A DNA stretch of 54,023 bases from a virus (taxonomy: Duplodnaviria; Caudoviricetes): positions 1-54,023 of the IMG/VR virus record IMGVR_UViG_3300035659_001009; one strand, 5' to 3'. Positions 1 through 8,876 of this stretch are shown piece by piece. Position 1 is the stretch's first letter; each line of letters opens with the position of its first letter. The translations under genes were made by a program, and so were the position numbers. The notes beneath the pieces are model-generated. The model ran no database searches and was not told the origin of the DNA. It saw only the letters and a program-made list of their open reading frames with translations.

Positions 1-325
1 TGTGACCCCTGTTTCTATCAATAAGCGAATCGTGTGAGACATCAACTACCTTAAGCTCAGCATTCAACAGAAAGTGCTCGGGCGGGAAAGTAATCTCTAA
101 CACATCACCAAACTGCACTCCTGAAGCGGGCCACAGCATCATAAGCGAGTAAGTCTTGTCTGCCTCGATTCCTTGAGCAAGCAACAATAGGGGTGTGCTA
201 TTCTCCTCGATGCGAACGCTTACGCCTGTCGCGATACACGTCCCAGAGGGCATGGCACCACCGATGTCGTCGTCCATCGGGTTCCAGTATCGATAGATTA
301 CAACTTTAGCGTCTAAACCGACCAA
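1..325 (-). CDS. putative head-closure/neck protein (runs off window start)
   Basis: Open frame read manually from TTG at 325 (VGLDAKVVIYRYWNPMDDDIGGAMP...), directly downstream of the connector-like gene. Confidence 0.5.
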   Translation of the reverse strand, partial: MVGLDAKVVIYRYWNPMDDDIGGAMPSGTCIATGVSVRIEENSTPLLLLAQGIEADKTYSLMMLWPASGVQFGDVLEITFPPEHFLLNAELKVVDVSHDSLIDRNRGH

Positions 326-980
326 CTCGAAACACCTTTAGATGGGCTACAAGGCTTGCAATGAAGTTCGCACGAGCTGAAGAACCAAACGCTGTTTGCC
401 GCAACGGATAGCGCTTCTCGGAGTATCTCAAAGACGACCATTGTTGAACACCGATCTGCGCTTCTGTCGTTCCAGGTGCCACTAACTCATTGAGCACGAG
501 CTCGGTCGCCGCCGTGAGAGCCGTCAACAAACTCGGGTCGTTCAATGTGGTTCCGGTATCGTGACCAGCACAATACACAATCCGTACTTTGTATGGACCC
601 CAATCCTCCTCCCAATGAGACTTGTCCCAGTTCGGCACCGCATCAATATGCCCCGCCTCTGCATTTCGAATAAACAAGCGCACGGGTGTGGTTAGCTCGA
701 ATGAATTCGAATTGTCTGTCGGGATACTCAAGAGCGTACCAGTGATAAGGCGAAGCACGTTCCCAAACTCAAGCTCAATTGGATGGTCCCACCAGGGTGC
801 TTGATACTCACCGGTCACGGTCGTGGGCAGCATAAAGGTGTGCAACTCATTCGTCATCTGCTGCTCTGCGATCGTCATTGCAACTTGAACCAAAAACGCG
901 GAGGCAGTACCAGTATGTCCACCGTAGTCGACAAACTTCTGTACTGTCATTATTTGGGGTGTGCTATATGGATAGTACAT
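306..980 (-). CDS. putative head-tail connector/adaptor protein
   Basis: 224 aa; 'AMTIAEQQM' N-terminus, 'KVRIVYCAG', C-terminal 'QQWSSLRYSEKR' pattern typical of connector proteins; late-operon position. Confidence 0.55.
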   Translation of the reverse strand: MYYPYSTPQIMTVQKFVDYGGHTGTASAFLVQVAMTIAEQQMTNELHTFMLPTTVTGEYQAPWWDHPIELEFGNVLRLITGTLLSIPTDNSNSFELTTPVRLFIRNAEAGHIDAVPNWDKSHWEEDWGPYKVRIVYCAGHDTGTTLNDPSLLTALTAATELVLNELVAPGTTEAQIGVQQWSSLRYSEKRYPLRQTAFGSSARANFIASLVAHLKVFRVGRFRR

Positions 981-983
981 TTC

Positions 984-1778
984 TCACCAGAAGTGGTAAT
1001 CGTCATGCTCAACGAACTGGCGCATACGTGTAATGAAGACTTGGAAGTTACCGCGTAGATCGTAGCCCTTGCCGCCCGGTTGGCCGATGGCACTCGCTCC
1101 TACAACGTGTTCTCCAATGGCTTCCGGATTCACAACGATCTTGTGACCCAGCACCTTCCGCACGGTAAGACAGAACTCCACATCCTCGAACGTCCCCCTG
1201 CCATAAACTTCTTGAAAACCGCCGACCTTGCGCCACGTTGCGCGACGTGTGAGGAAACATGCTCCTGTTACGCAAGGCCAATCGTCCCGACGCCTTACGG
1301 CTCTCGGATTGTCAACGCTCCAACCCAAGAAGATATGAACGGGTGTTGCTGTAACGTTGAACGCCATTCCAACATGCTGTATCTTGCCTGCAGGTCCCAT
1401 AGGCGAGTTCTCGGCAAACAAAAGCATTGGTGCGGCAATGCCAACGTCAGGCGCCGCCATTTCGCTTATCAAGACTTCGAGTGCGTTAGGACGTAACATA
1501 ACATCACTGTTCAACAGAAGCATGAATGGCGCGTCGCACTTGCGTGCCCCTCGATTTACTGTCTTCGGAAAGCCTGAGTTGGCACTGTTGACAAATAAAC
1601 GTGCTTCATACTCTTTGCATAGCTCAGCAATGTTCTCGCTCACAAGGCCCTTTGGCGATGCATCGTCAACAACCGTGATCGCAAAGCTTGTAAATGTCTG
1701 TGCCTTGAGGGCTTCAAGACAACTTTTAAGCATGTCCGGCCTTCCATAGACCGGGATCACGACATCAACTTGCGACAT
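984..1778 (-). CDS. glycosyltransferase family 2
   Basis: VVIPVYGR, VVDDAS, NSGF..VNRG, LLNSD, GACFL, GGF..Y..EDVEFC motifs; start set at MSQVDVV. Confidence 0.92.
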   Translation of the reverse strand: MSQVDVVIPVYGRPDMLKSCLEALKAQTFTSFAITVVDDASPKGLVSENIAELCKEYEARLFVNSANSGFPKTVNRGARKCDAPFMLLLNSDVMLRPNALEVLISEMAAPDVGIAAPMLLFAENSPMGPAGKIQHVGMAFNVTATPVHIFLGWSVDNPRAVRRRDDWPCVTGACFLTRRATWRKVGGFQEVYGRGTFEDVEFCLTVRKVLGHKIVVNPEAIGEHVVGASAIGQPGGKGYDLRGNFQVFITRMRQFVEHDDYHFW

Positions 1779-2851
1779 ATGACCTCCCCCACCGCTTCCC
1801 AAGTTCGAGCCTTCACATACTCGAGTGCCCTGCTATGAACGTATTCTGAGTTCGCAAAGGCACATTCCAAGGCCCGCGCACCGTCTTCGATGTCTGCATA
1901 ATAGCGCCAGCCGTTACCAAACGGTTCTCGATCCGCGTAAGCGTAAGAAAACAGGTAACCTCTATCGCCGGATAGGTGTTCGTGGAACGCTGTATGATTA
2001 GGAGCTACAACAGATACACCACATGCCATAGCCTCAAGCACGGGCATGCCCAAGCCTTCAGCTTTTGACGTTATGAGAAATGCATCAGATGCTGCATACA
2101 AAGACCAAAGCTGTTTGAATGGTATGCCCCTCTCGACGATAGTTACCTTACCCGCCAGGCCCAACTCGACGATGTAGTCGTCCAAATACCACCCAACACC
2201 TGAGTCGCGCCGAGTAACCATATAGTACACGACGTTATCCATTCTTGCGATGATCTCGAGTGACGCACTAAGGAACTTACGTTCTTGGTTCTCGGCTACC
2301 GTGAGAACGACCCGCTGTCCCTCCGCAATACCCATTGCTTGTCGAATCGCGACACGTTCCTCAGGTGTCGGAGGTCTCCACGACTTCGTGTCGACTGGGA
2401 TCGCGACGTGTTCAGCAGCTAGTCCCACTTTGTGACACTCCTCGGTCCCGAACTCGGAGATCACAAAGCAACCTTTCAACTGATACAACGCCGCGGTCCA
2501 GTTCTGAGTCAGTGGCGGCGCTTCAACAGGAAACACCCCATAGTGGGGCAACTCGATTGTTGGCTGGGTCCCAAGCAATCGAATGATCATGGGAATGTCT
2601 AGCGCCACAATGGTTACGTCGAGAAGCTTCTCACGAATCAAGTTCCTCGCCATCGTATTCGCACCCTGTGTGAAGGACTGACGGGGCAGGGGTACAATTG
2701 AATATGGAAAGTGATGCTCCTCACCTCGATAACCAATGCCAAAGGCAATGACCTCATGTCCTCGACGAACTAACTCAGTCCCCAGGTTAGTCGCAATATG
2801 CAAGTACCCTGAACCCACAAAATCAAAGTCGGAGACGATTCCAATCTTCAT
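1757..2851 (-). CDS. glycosyltransferase family 4 (GT-B)
   Basis: MKIGIVSD start; SDAFLITSKAEGLGMPVLEAMACG (EX7E) motif. Confidence 0.92.
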   Translation of the reverse strand: MKIGIVSDFDFVGSGYLHIATNLGTELVRRGHEVIAFGIGYRGEEHHFPYSIVPLPRQSFTQGANTMARNLIREKLLDVTIVALDIPMIIRLLGTQPTIELPHYGVFPVEAPPLTQNWTAALYQLKGCFVISEFGTEECHKVGLAAEHVAIPVDTKSWRPPTPEERVAIRQAMGIAEGQRVVLTVAENQERKFLSASLEIIARMDNVVYYMVTRRDSGVGWYLDDYIVELGLAGKVTIVERGIPFKQLWSLYAASDAFLITSKAEGLGMPVLEAMACGVSVVAPNHTAFHEHLSGDRGYLFSYAYADREPFGNGWRYYADIEDGARALECAFANSEYVHSRALEYVKARTWEAVGEVICRKLMS

Positions 2852-3879
2852 GATAGAACCGCCTCCCAGGGCACGGCGAGGATGTCCCAGTTGAACGCTG
2901 CTCTGCGAGAGTTCATACAAAGAGCCTGACGAATCGTTAGCGTATTAGGTGTCAGAAGCGTGTTGATAACTTCCTCTGCGAACGCTGCCTGCCACACAGC
3001 CGTCCTCGGATCTCCATCAAGTCGCTTGCCATACAAGTTCGTTGTTGCAAGGGCACCCATCGACGAAGTAATGGGCACTGCCCCCGCTACCTGACACTCA
3101 GCGACAGAGATACAAAACAACTCGTCGTAGATACAAGGATAGGGCTGCAGATCCGACGTCGACTGTAATAGTACCAATTGTGACCTAGGCACGCGACCGC
3201 AGTACTTGACATTCGGCGCACCCACCCACTCAAGTCGATGCGGCGTGATGCCTTCGTCAGCGGTTCCCCACATCCGATAATCGAACGTTATCACTAACGA
3301 CGCCCATGGCACCTCCTTGACGATGCGATCCCAAACGTTTCGTAGGATTCGTAAGCCCCTATCAGGAACGCTACAATAGATACATTGACCCTTGACCTTG
3401 GGAGCATTCGAAATATACTCCCACGTACGTACACCTAGGGTGATCACAGTCAGTCGCTCCTGAGATATTCCGTAGCGCCTTTCAAAGTCAGCTGCATGAT
3501 GAGGTGAGATACAAACAATACGCTCGGCGTGTGGAAAGATGTCCGCTGCGTAGTTGCCTGTCGTGAATTGATCACACGACCAGAAGACCCTTCTCCCTTT
3601 CGCACTTTGGAATCGCCTGTCGGGACACCTAAACAGGACAACCGCATCCCTATCAGCGTTCGGGTCAAACGCGCTTACTGCGCGGTAAGGCACACCCCCA
3701 TATGTACCTTCCTTTCTGGGAGAATTGAACACGGTCACGGTATGGCCCCTTCCCGTTAGCACTTCTGCTAAGGTCAAGAGAGCCAACTCAGCTCCACCAA
3801 CTCCGCGACCCCCGATGTCCTCTGGCATGACACCAATCGGAGACCCCGACGGGCATAAAAAGTCTACTTTCAATCCCAT
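2848..3879 (-). CDS. glycosyltransferase family 4 (GT-B)
   Basis: GVGGAE N-terminal motif; SVPDRGL; YPCIYDELFCISVAECQVAG (EX7E). Confidence 0.88.
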   Translation of the reverse strand: MGLKVDFLCPSGSPIGVMPEDIGGRGVGGAELALLTLAEVLTGRGHTVTVFNSPRKEGTYGGVPYRAVSAFDPNADRDAVVLFRCPDRRFQSAKGRRVFWSCDQFTTGNYAADIFPHAERIVCISPHHAADFERRYGISQERLTVITLGVRTWEYISNAPKVKGQCIYCSVPDRGLRILRNVWDRIVKEVPWASLVITFDYRMWGTADEGITPHRLEWVGAPNVKYCGRVPRSQLVLLQSTSDLQPYPCIYDELFCISVAECQVAGAVPITSSMGALATTNLYGKRLDGDPRTAVWQAAFAEEVINTLLTPNTLTIRQALCMNSRRAAFNWDILAVPWEAVLS

Positions 3880-4457
3880 TCCCCCACCTCCATAACTGCT
3901 AACCCCGCATCGACTGGCGGGTCAAAGTGCCTATGAAATGCGGGCAGCACCTCAACTCGAAATCCCAACGTTTCGAGTCCGGCTGAAGTCAATGTGCTCA
4001 GATGCCTCTGGTAGCCATTTCCATCAGACGGTCCTTGCTTGCACTCGCCGAGCGGTGAGAAGACAATGATTTTGCGGCGGGCGACATGCTTGCAAAGTCG
4101 CACCACGAACCCTGCTCGAGCCTGCTCAAAATGCTCGAGCAAATCGATTAGGAGCACCACATCATACTCACCCTCCGGTTGCTCAGCCAGCCACAATACG
4201 ACATCTTTACAAGTAAACTCAACAACCCCTGCCGCGAACTTTTGCGTTTGCAAGTAGTCGACGTAGGGCTTGTAGATGTCAACGTTCATCAAGAGCGCAC
4301 AATGCAGATAGCGAACTTGCAAGCTGACGGGTGAGTCGGACTTGCCGCTCCCCAAGTTCGCGATCCTCATCGACTCGATCCCTGGACCTATTATTTGTAA
4401 TAAGTTGGGTATGCCCATTCCGGAAGCTCCACGAGCGGACCACTTGTCTCGGTCCAA
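3870..4457 (-). CDS. class I SAM-dependent methyltransferase
   Basis: NLGSG motif I, NVDI, YDVVLLIDLLEHF; start uncertain. Confidence 0.8.
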   Translation of the reverse strand: MDRDKWSARGASGMGIPNLLQIIGPGIESMRIANLGSGKSDSPVSLQVRYLHCALLMNVDIYKPYVDYLQTQKFAAGVVEFTCKDVVLWLAEQPEGEYDVVLLIDLLEHFEQARAGFVVRLCKHVARRKIIVFSPLGECKQGPSDGNGYQRHLSTLTSAGLETLGFRVEVLPAFHRHFDPPVDAGLAVMEVGEWD

Positions 4458-5107
4458 CTCTTTTGAATCATGCCGGCTGACCGATAAAGCGCGAGCTTAC
4501 GCGCCATGATCTCTGGCGTGAGGCAGAAGTAGTGTAGCAATGCGTAAGGATAGGTGATTCGCCGAATCGTCCATCCTGACTGAGGGGGTTGTATAACATC
4601 AGGACTCCAGGACTCGTCTTGATTATATGCTAACGGCACATCTCCTCGAACCGCCCACATTCCAGTCCAACCTTCTGGAGTGTAACCACTACCTCCGGTT
4701 AGATCGGGAAACCATTTATCCGTACCGAAGATATACATCCGCGGTGCAAATACAAACTGCTCGGCGGTGCTTTCGAGGATTGCACGACCATCTTGCCTGA
4801 GTGAGGGCGAAAGCGCCGAATCGGCTTCATCGATGATTATCCACGATGGGAAGGCATAACGTGCTTGTTCAAGCAGGAAGTTCATGTGGGGCCCTTCTGG
4901 ATTGCGCCTGCCCCCTTTTGCGTTCTCTACCCAGACGTTGAAGTGTTGCAATTCAACTTTAGGAGTATTTCGTGCGATCTCGCATGTGCGGTCGGTACTC
5001 CCACCATCTGCTATGATGATAAGATCAGCCCAGTCATATGCAGCCAAAAAGCGTGGAAGGTGAATCTCCTCGTTCAAGGTCCTCAGGAGCACAATGATCT
5101 TGCTCAT
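4391..5107 (-). CDS. glycosyltransferase family 2
   Basis: TLNEE, IIADGGSTDRT, WIIIDEAD (DxD-like). Confidence 0.85.
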   Translation of the reverse strand: MSKIIVLLRTLNEEIHLPRFLAAYDWADLIIIADGGSTDRTCEIARNTPKVELQHFNVWVENAKGGRRNPEGPHMNFLLEQARYAFPSWIIIDEADSALSPSLRQDGRAILESTAEQFVFAPRMYIFGTDKWFPDLTGGSGYTPEGWTGMWAVRGDVPLAYNQDESWSPDVIQPPQSGWTIRRITYPYALLHYFCLTPEIMARKLALYRSAGMIQKSWTETSGPLVELPEWAYPTYYK

Positions 5108-5361
5108 GACTGGTGCCTACCTGTACTCAAGAGGAACAGACACTGAAATCTGCCATTCGGGCCTCGAGGTACGACCCCCGCCGACGAACCGCAGGTGCAC
5201 ATGTACGATGGCTGATTCACAACACTGTTTGCATAGATAAAGTGCTTGTCGTACTGGGCAGTTGCAACCATTGCACCCCACTCCCGGACCCAAAGTGTAG
5301 TCTGGCGCTTTACTGTGGTACCGTTGGGAAGCATCACTGCCTGCTCAATGTCTCTAGACAT
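5104..5361 (-). CDS. hypothetical protein with CxC...C...H motif
   Basis: MSRDIEQ start overlapping upstream stop; YMCTCG...QCLF...GRH. Confidence 0.55.
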   Translation of the reverse strand: MSRDIEQAVMLPNGTTVKRQTTLWVREWGAMVATAQYDKHFIYANSVVNQPSYMCTCGSSAGVVPRGPNGRFQCLFLLSTGRHQS

Positions 5362-6238
5362 AGGACAATACCGTCTCGACTCGAGCGTCCCAAGTGTGTG
5401 GCGCCACGAACTCACAAGCCTGTTGACTGATTTCCTGCCACTTGCCAAGAGCCACTTTGAACTGGCTTAGCGCCTCGTCGAGGGAGTCGAAGCCCAAGTA
5501 GTGCTTGCCCTCGACGAAACCCATCTTCATGAGGTCCGGCACGCGATTCACAACCGGGCACAAGCCCATGGCCGCTACCTCGAAGACCCTCGCGCATAGG
5601 TCTTGTTGCGTTGACCAGTTCAGGCCGATCTTGCAGGTATGCAAAAGATCACGATACTCCCCGAATACAGGCCCGAAGCCAGGGAAGAGGATCTTGTGTC
5701 CCTGCGCTCGTAGGCTTTCGACGAGCCTTACTCGATTGATGTAAGGTGCTCCGATGAGGCCTCCATCATATGGTCGCTCCCTTGTACAGTCTGTATTCGG
5801 TGTGTGACACGAAGGATCGTACGCATATGGTAGCCAAATGTCATCAGGACGCATATACGGTGTCTGCATACAGAAGAACACGTCTGCCCATTGGCGAGCT
5901 TCATCATAGTTGATGCAGTGTGGATCGACACCGACGACAAAGTTCTTACCCTTAGACGGCTTGCCGATCAATCCTTCCGTCGAGTTGAGTTGAATCCACA
6001 CATCGGGCTTCCATAATAGGTGCGCCTCGACGTAACTGATTGGAGTACGAGAGCTGGTCAGTACCAGGTCGGGTGGCGGTGCGGATACATTGAGAATCAT
6101 ACCGCCATTCCACGGGATCGTCTTCCCAGTATAGCGGCCGACGGTACAGAGTTCGATGTCGTCCCTGCGTCGTAGCGCCCTTTCAAAGTAGCGCACGATG
6201 GCCATCGGGTAATACACACCACTAAGAACAACTTTCAT
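5354..6238 (-). CDS. glycosyltransferase, GT-B (CgeB/Glyco_trans_1_2-like)
   Basis: WLPYAYDP, KIGLNWS...DLCARVFEVAAMG, HTWDARV. Confidence 0.85.
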   Translation of the reverse strand: MKVVLSGVYYPMAIVRYFERALRRRDDIELCTVGRYTGKTIPWNGGMILNVSAPPPDLVLTSSRTPISYVEAHLLWKPDVWIQLNSTEGLIGKPSKGKNFVVGVDPHCINYDEARQWADVFFCMQTPYMRPDDIWLPYAYDPSCHTPNTDCTRERPYDGGLIGAPYINRVRLVESLRAQGHKILFPGFGPVFGEYRDLLHTCKIGLNWSTQQDLCARVFEVAAMGLCPVVNRVPDLMKMGFVEGKHYLGFDSLDEALSQFKVALGKWQEISQQACEFVAPHTWDARVETVLSYV

Positions 6239-6256
6239 TCCCACCTTGTTTACTCC

Positions 6257-6481
6257 TTACTTACTGTGCTTCGACTCCGCCATTGCTTTGGTCGCTGTAA
6301 CGATGGCCCGTTGTGATTTCGTGCCAAACCAAAATCCCAACACCAACGTTGTGATCGCGCCGAGCAATTCAGGAATCGGCTTCCCGGTGATGAACATCGT
6401 ACAGAGAGTCACGACCAACACCAACGTCACAACACCTTGAATGATCACACTCTCTTGAAGCAACTCCCAAAACTTGATCAT
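6257..6481 (-). CDS. small 2-TM membrane protein, holin-like
   Basis: Two hydrophobic segments, LVLGFWFG motif, basic C-terminus; AAGGAG RBS before MIKFW. Confidence 0.5.
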   Translation of the reverse strand: MIKFWELLQESVIIQGVVTLVLVVTLCTMFITGKPIPELLGAITTLVLGFWFGTKSQRAIVTATKAMAESKHSK

Positions 6482-6492
6482 GTTACACTCCT

Positions 6493-7131
6493 TTATGCAA
6501 AGCCCCATTTTTGGGCAAAGTACGCACGGTTGCGCATTGTAATAGCTTGTCTTCCAGGATTACCATTCCAATGGGCACCCCAGACATGACTCGCACGAAT
6601 TGGCAGTTCGCGTAGCTGCACGCCCTTCTGGGTTGCTGTATAACATAAATCAACATCCTCGTAGTCAGCCGGAACAATTTGAGGGTCGAATCCACCAATA
6701 ACGGTCCAGGTCGGACGCGTACACGCCAGGAAATACCCTTCTAAGTACGAGATGATCGTAGACCCAAACCGGTTCCAACTTGTGTCAAACGTAATGAGAC
6801 GTGCGCCATAGAGAGTTCCATCCGCTAGGTTCACAACTTTGGGGGTCACATCCTCCATAAAGGTAACATCGGGCTGTGTAAACACGAGAGTATTGTATTG
6901 CGCGAGACGAGCTCCTTGATTGCAAGCAGGACCGAAGCCAACGTTCGACTCGTTGAATGCAAGTCGTACTGGGCGCTGCTGGGAGATACCTTCAAGAACT
7001 CGTCGCGTCGTTTCACTTGGCATGTTGTCGACTACAACGTATTCATGCTTGCACGAGGGCGTTGGAATACAACCAAAGAACTTTGCAATTAGGTCCGGCC
7101 TGCCAAAAGTTACAATTACAATTGATACCAC
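6493..7131 (-). CDS. glycosyltransferase family 2
   Basis: SIVIVTF, VVDN, NVGFGPACNQG, QPD, GGFD...YEDVDLC. Confidence 0.9.
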   Translation of the reverse strand: MVSIVIVTFGRPDLIAKFFGCIPTPSCKHEYVVVDNMPSETTRRVLEGISQQRPVRLAFNESNVGFGPACNQGARLAQYNTLVFTQPDVTFMEDVTPKVVNLADGTLYGARLITFDTSWNRFGSTIISYLEGYFLACTRPTWTVIGGFDPQIVPADYEDVDLCYTATQKGVQLRELPIRASHVWGAHWNGNPGRQAITMRNRAYFAQKWGFA

Positions 7132-8117
7132 CGAATTTCCTCTGATTGGTTTGCGGCGTGAAACTTCTTCCTCTTTGGCGCTTCACCGCAGCACGCACCC
7201 ATCATCTCGAGTAGTCTCGAAACGTCCTGTGGATCTACCGGTGACGCACAGATGTTGTTACGGCAATAAAAAATGTACTGTTTCTTGGTGACGGGGCCCT
7301 CGATAAGCTCGCGACCCAAGCCAAAACGTACTAGCAAGACTGCCGAAGTGGGTGCGGCCACTACCGGGGCTACTACTGTGCTTGCGATTGCTGGACTGGA
7401 CTCGCCAGTAAGACGTCGCGCGAGTTCAACAAACTCATTTAGCTGCTTTGCAGTTTCACTTTGTCGCTTACGATGAGCGGTAACAACTTCGACTCGATCG
7501 TACAGACGAGATCCTGGCTCAAGTACTGTCAAACACCCACAAAGTGCTGCCTCGACAGTCAATGAGGAATAATCGTCGTAAGTTACTAGGAGGGCTGCGG
7601 ACTGAAGTAATTTAGCAAGTTCGGCTCGAGTTGCGGGCCACCCAGCAGTAATCTCGACACCTTGCGGCTTCACTGGCCTTTGTCCCTTACCAACCCAATA
7701 GTACGTTCCTTCGCGCTGCACATCGCCCGGATCAAAGAATAACTCATCCTCAACGATTGATAGATACAATAGCCCATCAACGCGAGGGGCGGCGGCAGCA
7801 ATATCGCCGGAATAGGCAAAGACCAAATCACTACTTGGATACTCCTTCGGTCCACCAAGTCTGCCCTGATAGTTTAGTAACCAGCGAATGACGTACTTTG
7901 CATTGAGTGGATTGCCATGGACTACCTCAGGGTAGACAGCGATAAACGGATCACTTTGCGACTGCCATACTGGCTCATTCCACTCAGGATTGACGAGTGC
8001 TTGAGATGAGTACGCCGCCACGCCAAGAGCATTCAAACGATGCACAAGCAGGTGGCAAGCTCTCAAGCCTGCTGAACTATTTCTGTAGTAATAGGTATAG
8101 ACGACGAAAGGGTGCAT
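7116..8117 (-). CDS. GT-B-like glycosyltransferase with appended C-terminal domain
   Basis: SAG..ACHLL, YPEVVHGNPL, RWLL, YDDYSSLTVEAALCGC; Ala/Pro linker then ~65-aa Cys-containing domain. Confidence 0.65.
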   Translation of the reverse strand: MHPFVVYTYYYRNSSAGLRACHLLVHRLNALGVAAYSSQALVNPEWNEPVWQSQSDPFIAVYPEVVHGNPLNAKYVIRWLLNYQGRLGGPKEYPSSDLVFAYSGDIAAAAPRVDGLLYLSIVEDELFFDPGDVQREGTYYWVGKGQRPVKPQGVEITAGWPATRAELAKLLQSAALLVTYDDYSSLTVEAALCGCLTVLEPGSRLYDRVEVVTAHRKRQSETAKQLNEFVELARRLTGESSPAIASTVVAPVVAAPTSAVLLVRFGLGRELIEGPVTKKQYIFYCRNNICASPVDPQDVSRLLEMMGACCGEAPKRKKFHAANQSEEIRWYQL

Positions 8118-8773
8118 ACTGCCTCGTAATCACATGGAAAGTTTGTTGCCACACGACGCTCGTAAGTCGCTTGGTCCTCATTCCAGAAAGCCGTTGCCCG
8201 CGTATATGTATCATCAAGACGGGCTTTGCCGTGAGCAGGATGTAGATGCTCTACTATTGCGTTGGGGCAATATTGAAACGCCCCAACTTGTCGTGCCCGA
8301 GCCAATATTTCATTGTCGGCGAAGAGATGTTTGTAATGGGGTGTGAAGATCACGCCACCGTTGACTTCAACAATAAACTGTCGTGTAAGCACAAAGTGTG
8401 TACAGTGCCTCTCTCCGTACTCGAGTGTATTCAGACCCACGAGTCCTGAACTGACCTTTGAAACTTCGTCGAGCCATCCATCATGCCAGCTAACGTCGTC
8501 GGCTCCGAGTACCACATGTGTCATGTTCGAGTCTTTCGCTGCTTCCCTAAGTCCTTCGTTCCACTTGTAAATTGGCGTAGCCGGAGGGGTTACTACTATC
8601 CGACGCACCTGCGGAAACAACTTGCGCACCGACTCGACGCTCTCCGTGTCGTCCGAATCAAACACTGCATACACCGTAATCTCGTGTTCCCGCACTGACT
8701 CGAACAGTCTCTGAGTCGCTTGAAGCATACGTGTTGATCGGTTTAGAGTTGGCGTTATAACTACGTAACTCAC
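8063..8773 (-). CDS. glycosyltransferase family 2
   Basis: VITPTLNR, FDSDD, KWNEG, LGADD, ADNE, VEHLH; GTG start. Confidence 0.85.
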   Translation of the reverse strand: MSYVVITPTLNRSTRMLQATQRLFESVREHEITVYAVFDSDDTESVESVRKLFPQVRRIVVTPPATPIYKWNEGLREAAKDSNMTHVVLGADDVSWHDGWLDEVSKVSSGLVGLNTLEYGERHCTHFVLTRQFIVEVNGGVIFTPHYKHLFADNEILARARQVGAFQYCPNAIVEHLHPAHGKARLDDTYTRATAFWNEDQATYERRVATNFPCDYEAVCTLSSSIPITTEIVQQA

Positions 8774-8777
8774 AGTT

Positions 8778-8868
8778 CCCTCACTCCGCTCGCTATGAGA
8801 TGGTGGGGTATCTCACAGCGATTGGACTCTCATAGAGAGCGGAGTAAGGGCGAGCTTGCGGCTCGCCC
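8778..8868 (-). promoter_or_regulatory. structured intergenic RNA between capsid gene and glycosyltransferase block
   Basis: Hairpin 8848-8868 plus helix 8778-8800/8828-8850 that covers the SD of the GTG at 8773. Confidence 0.6.
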
Positions 8869-8876
8869 ATACTTGG

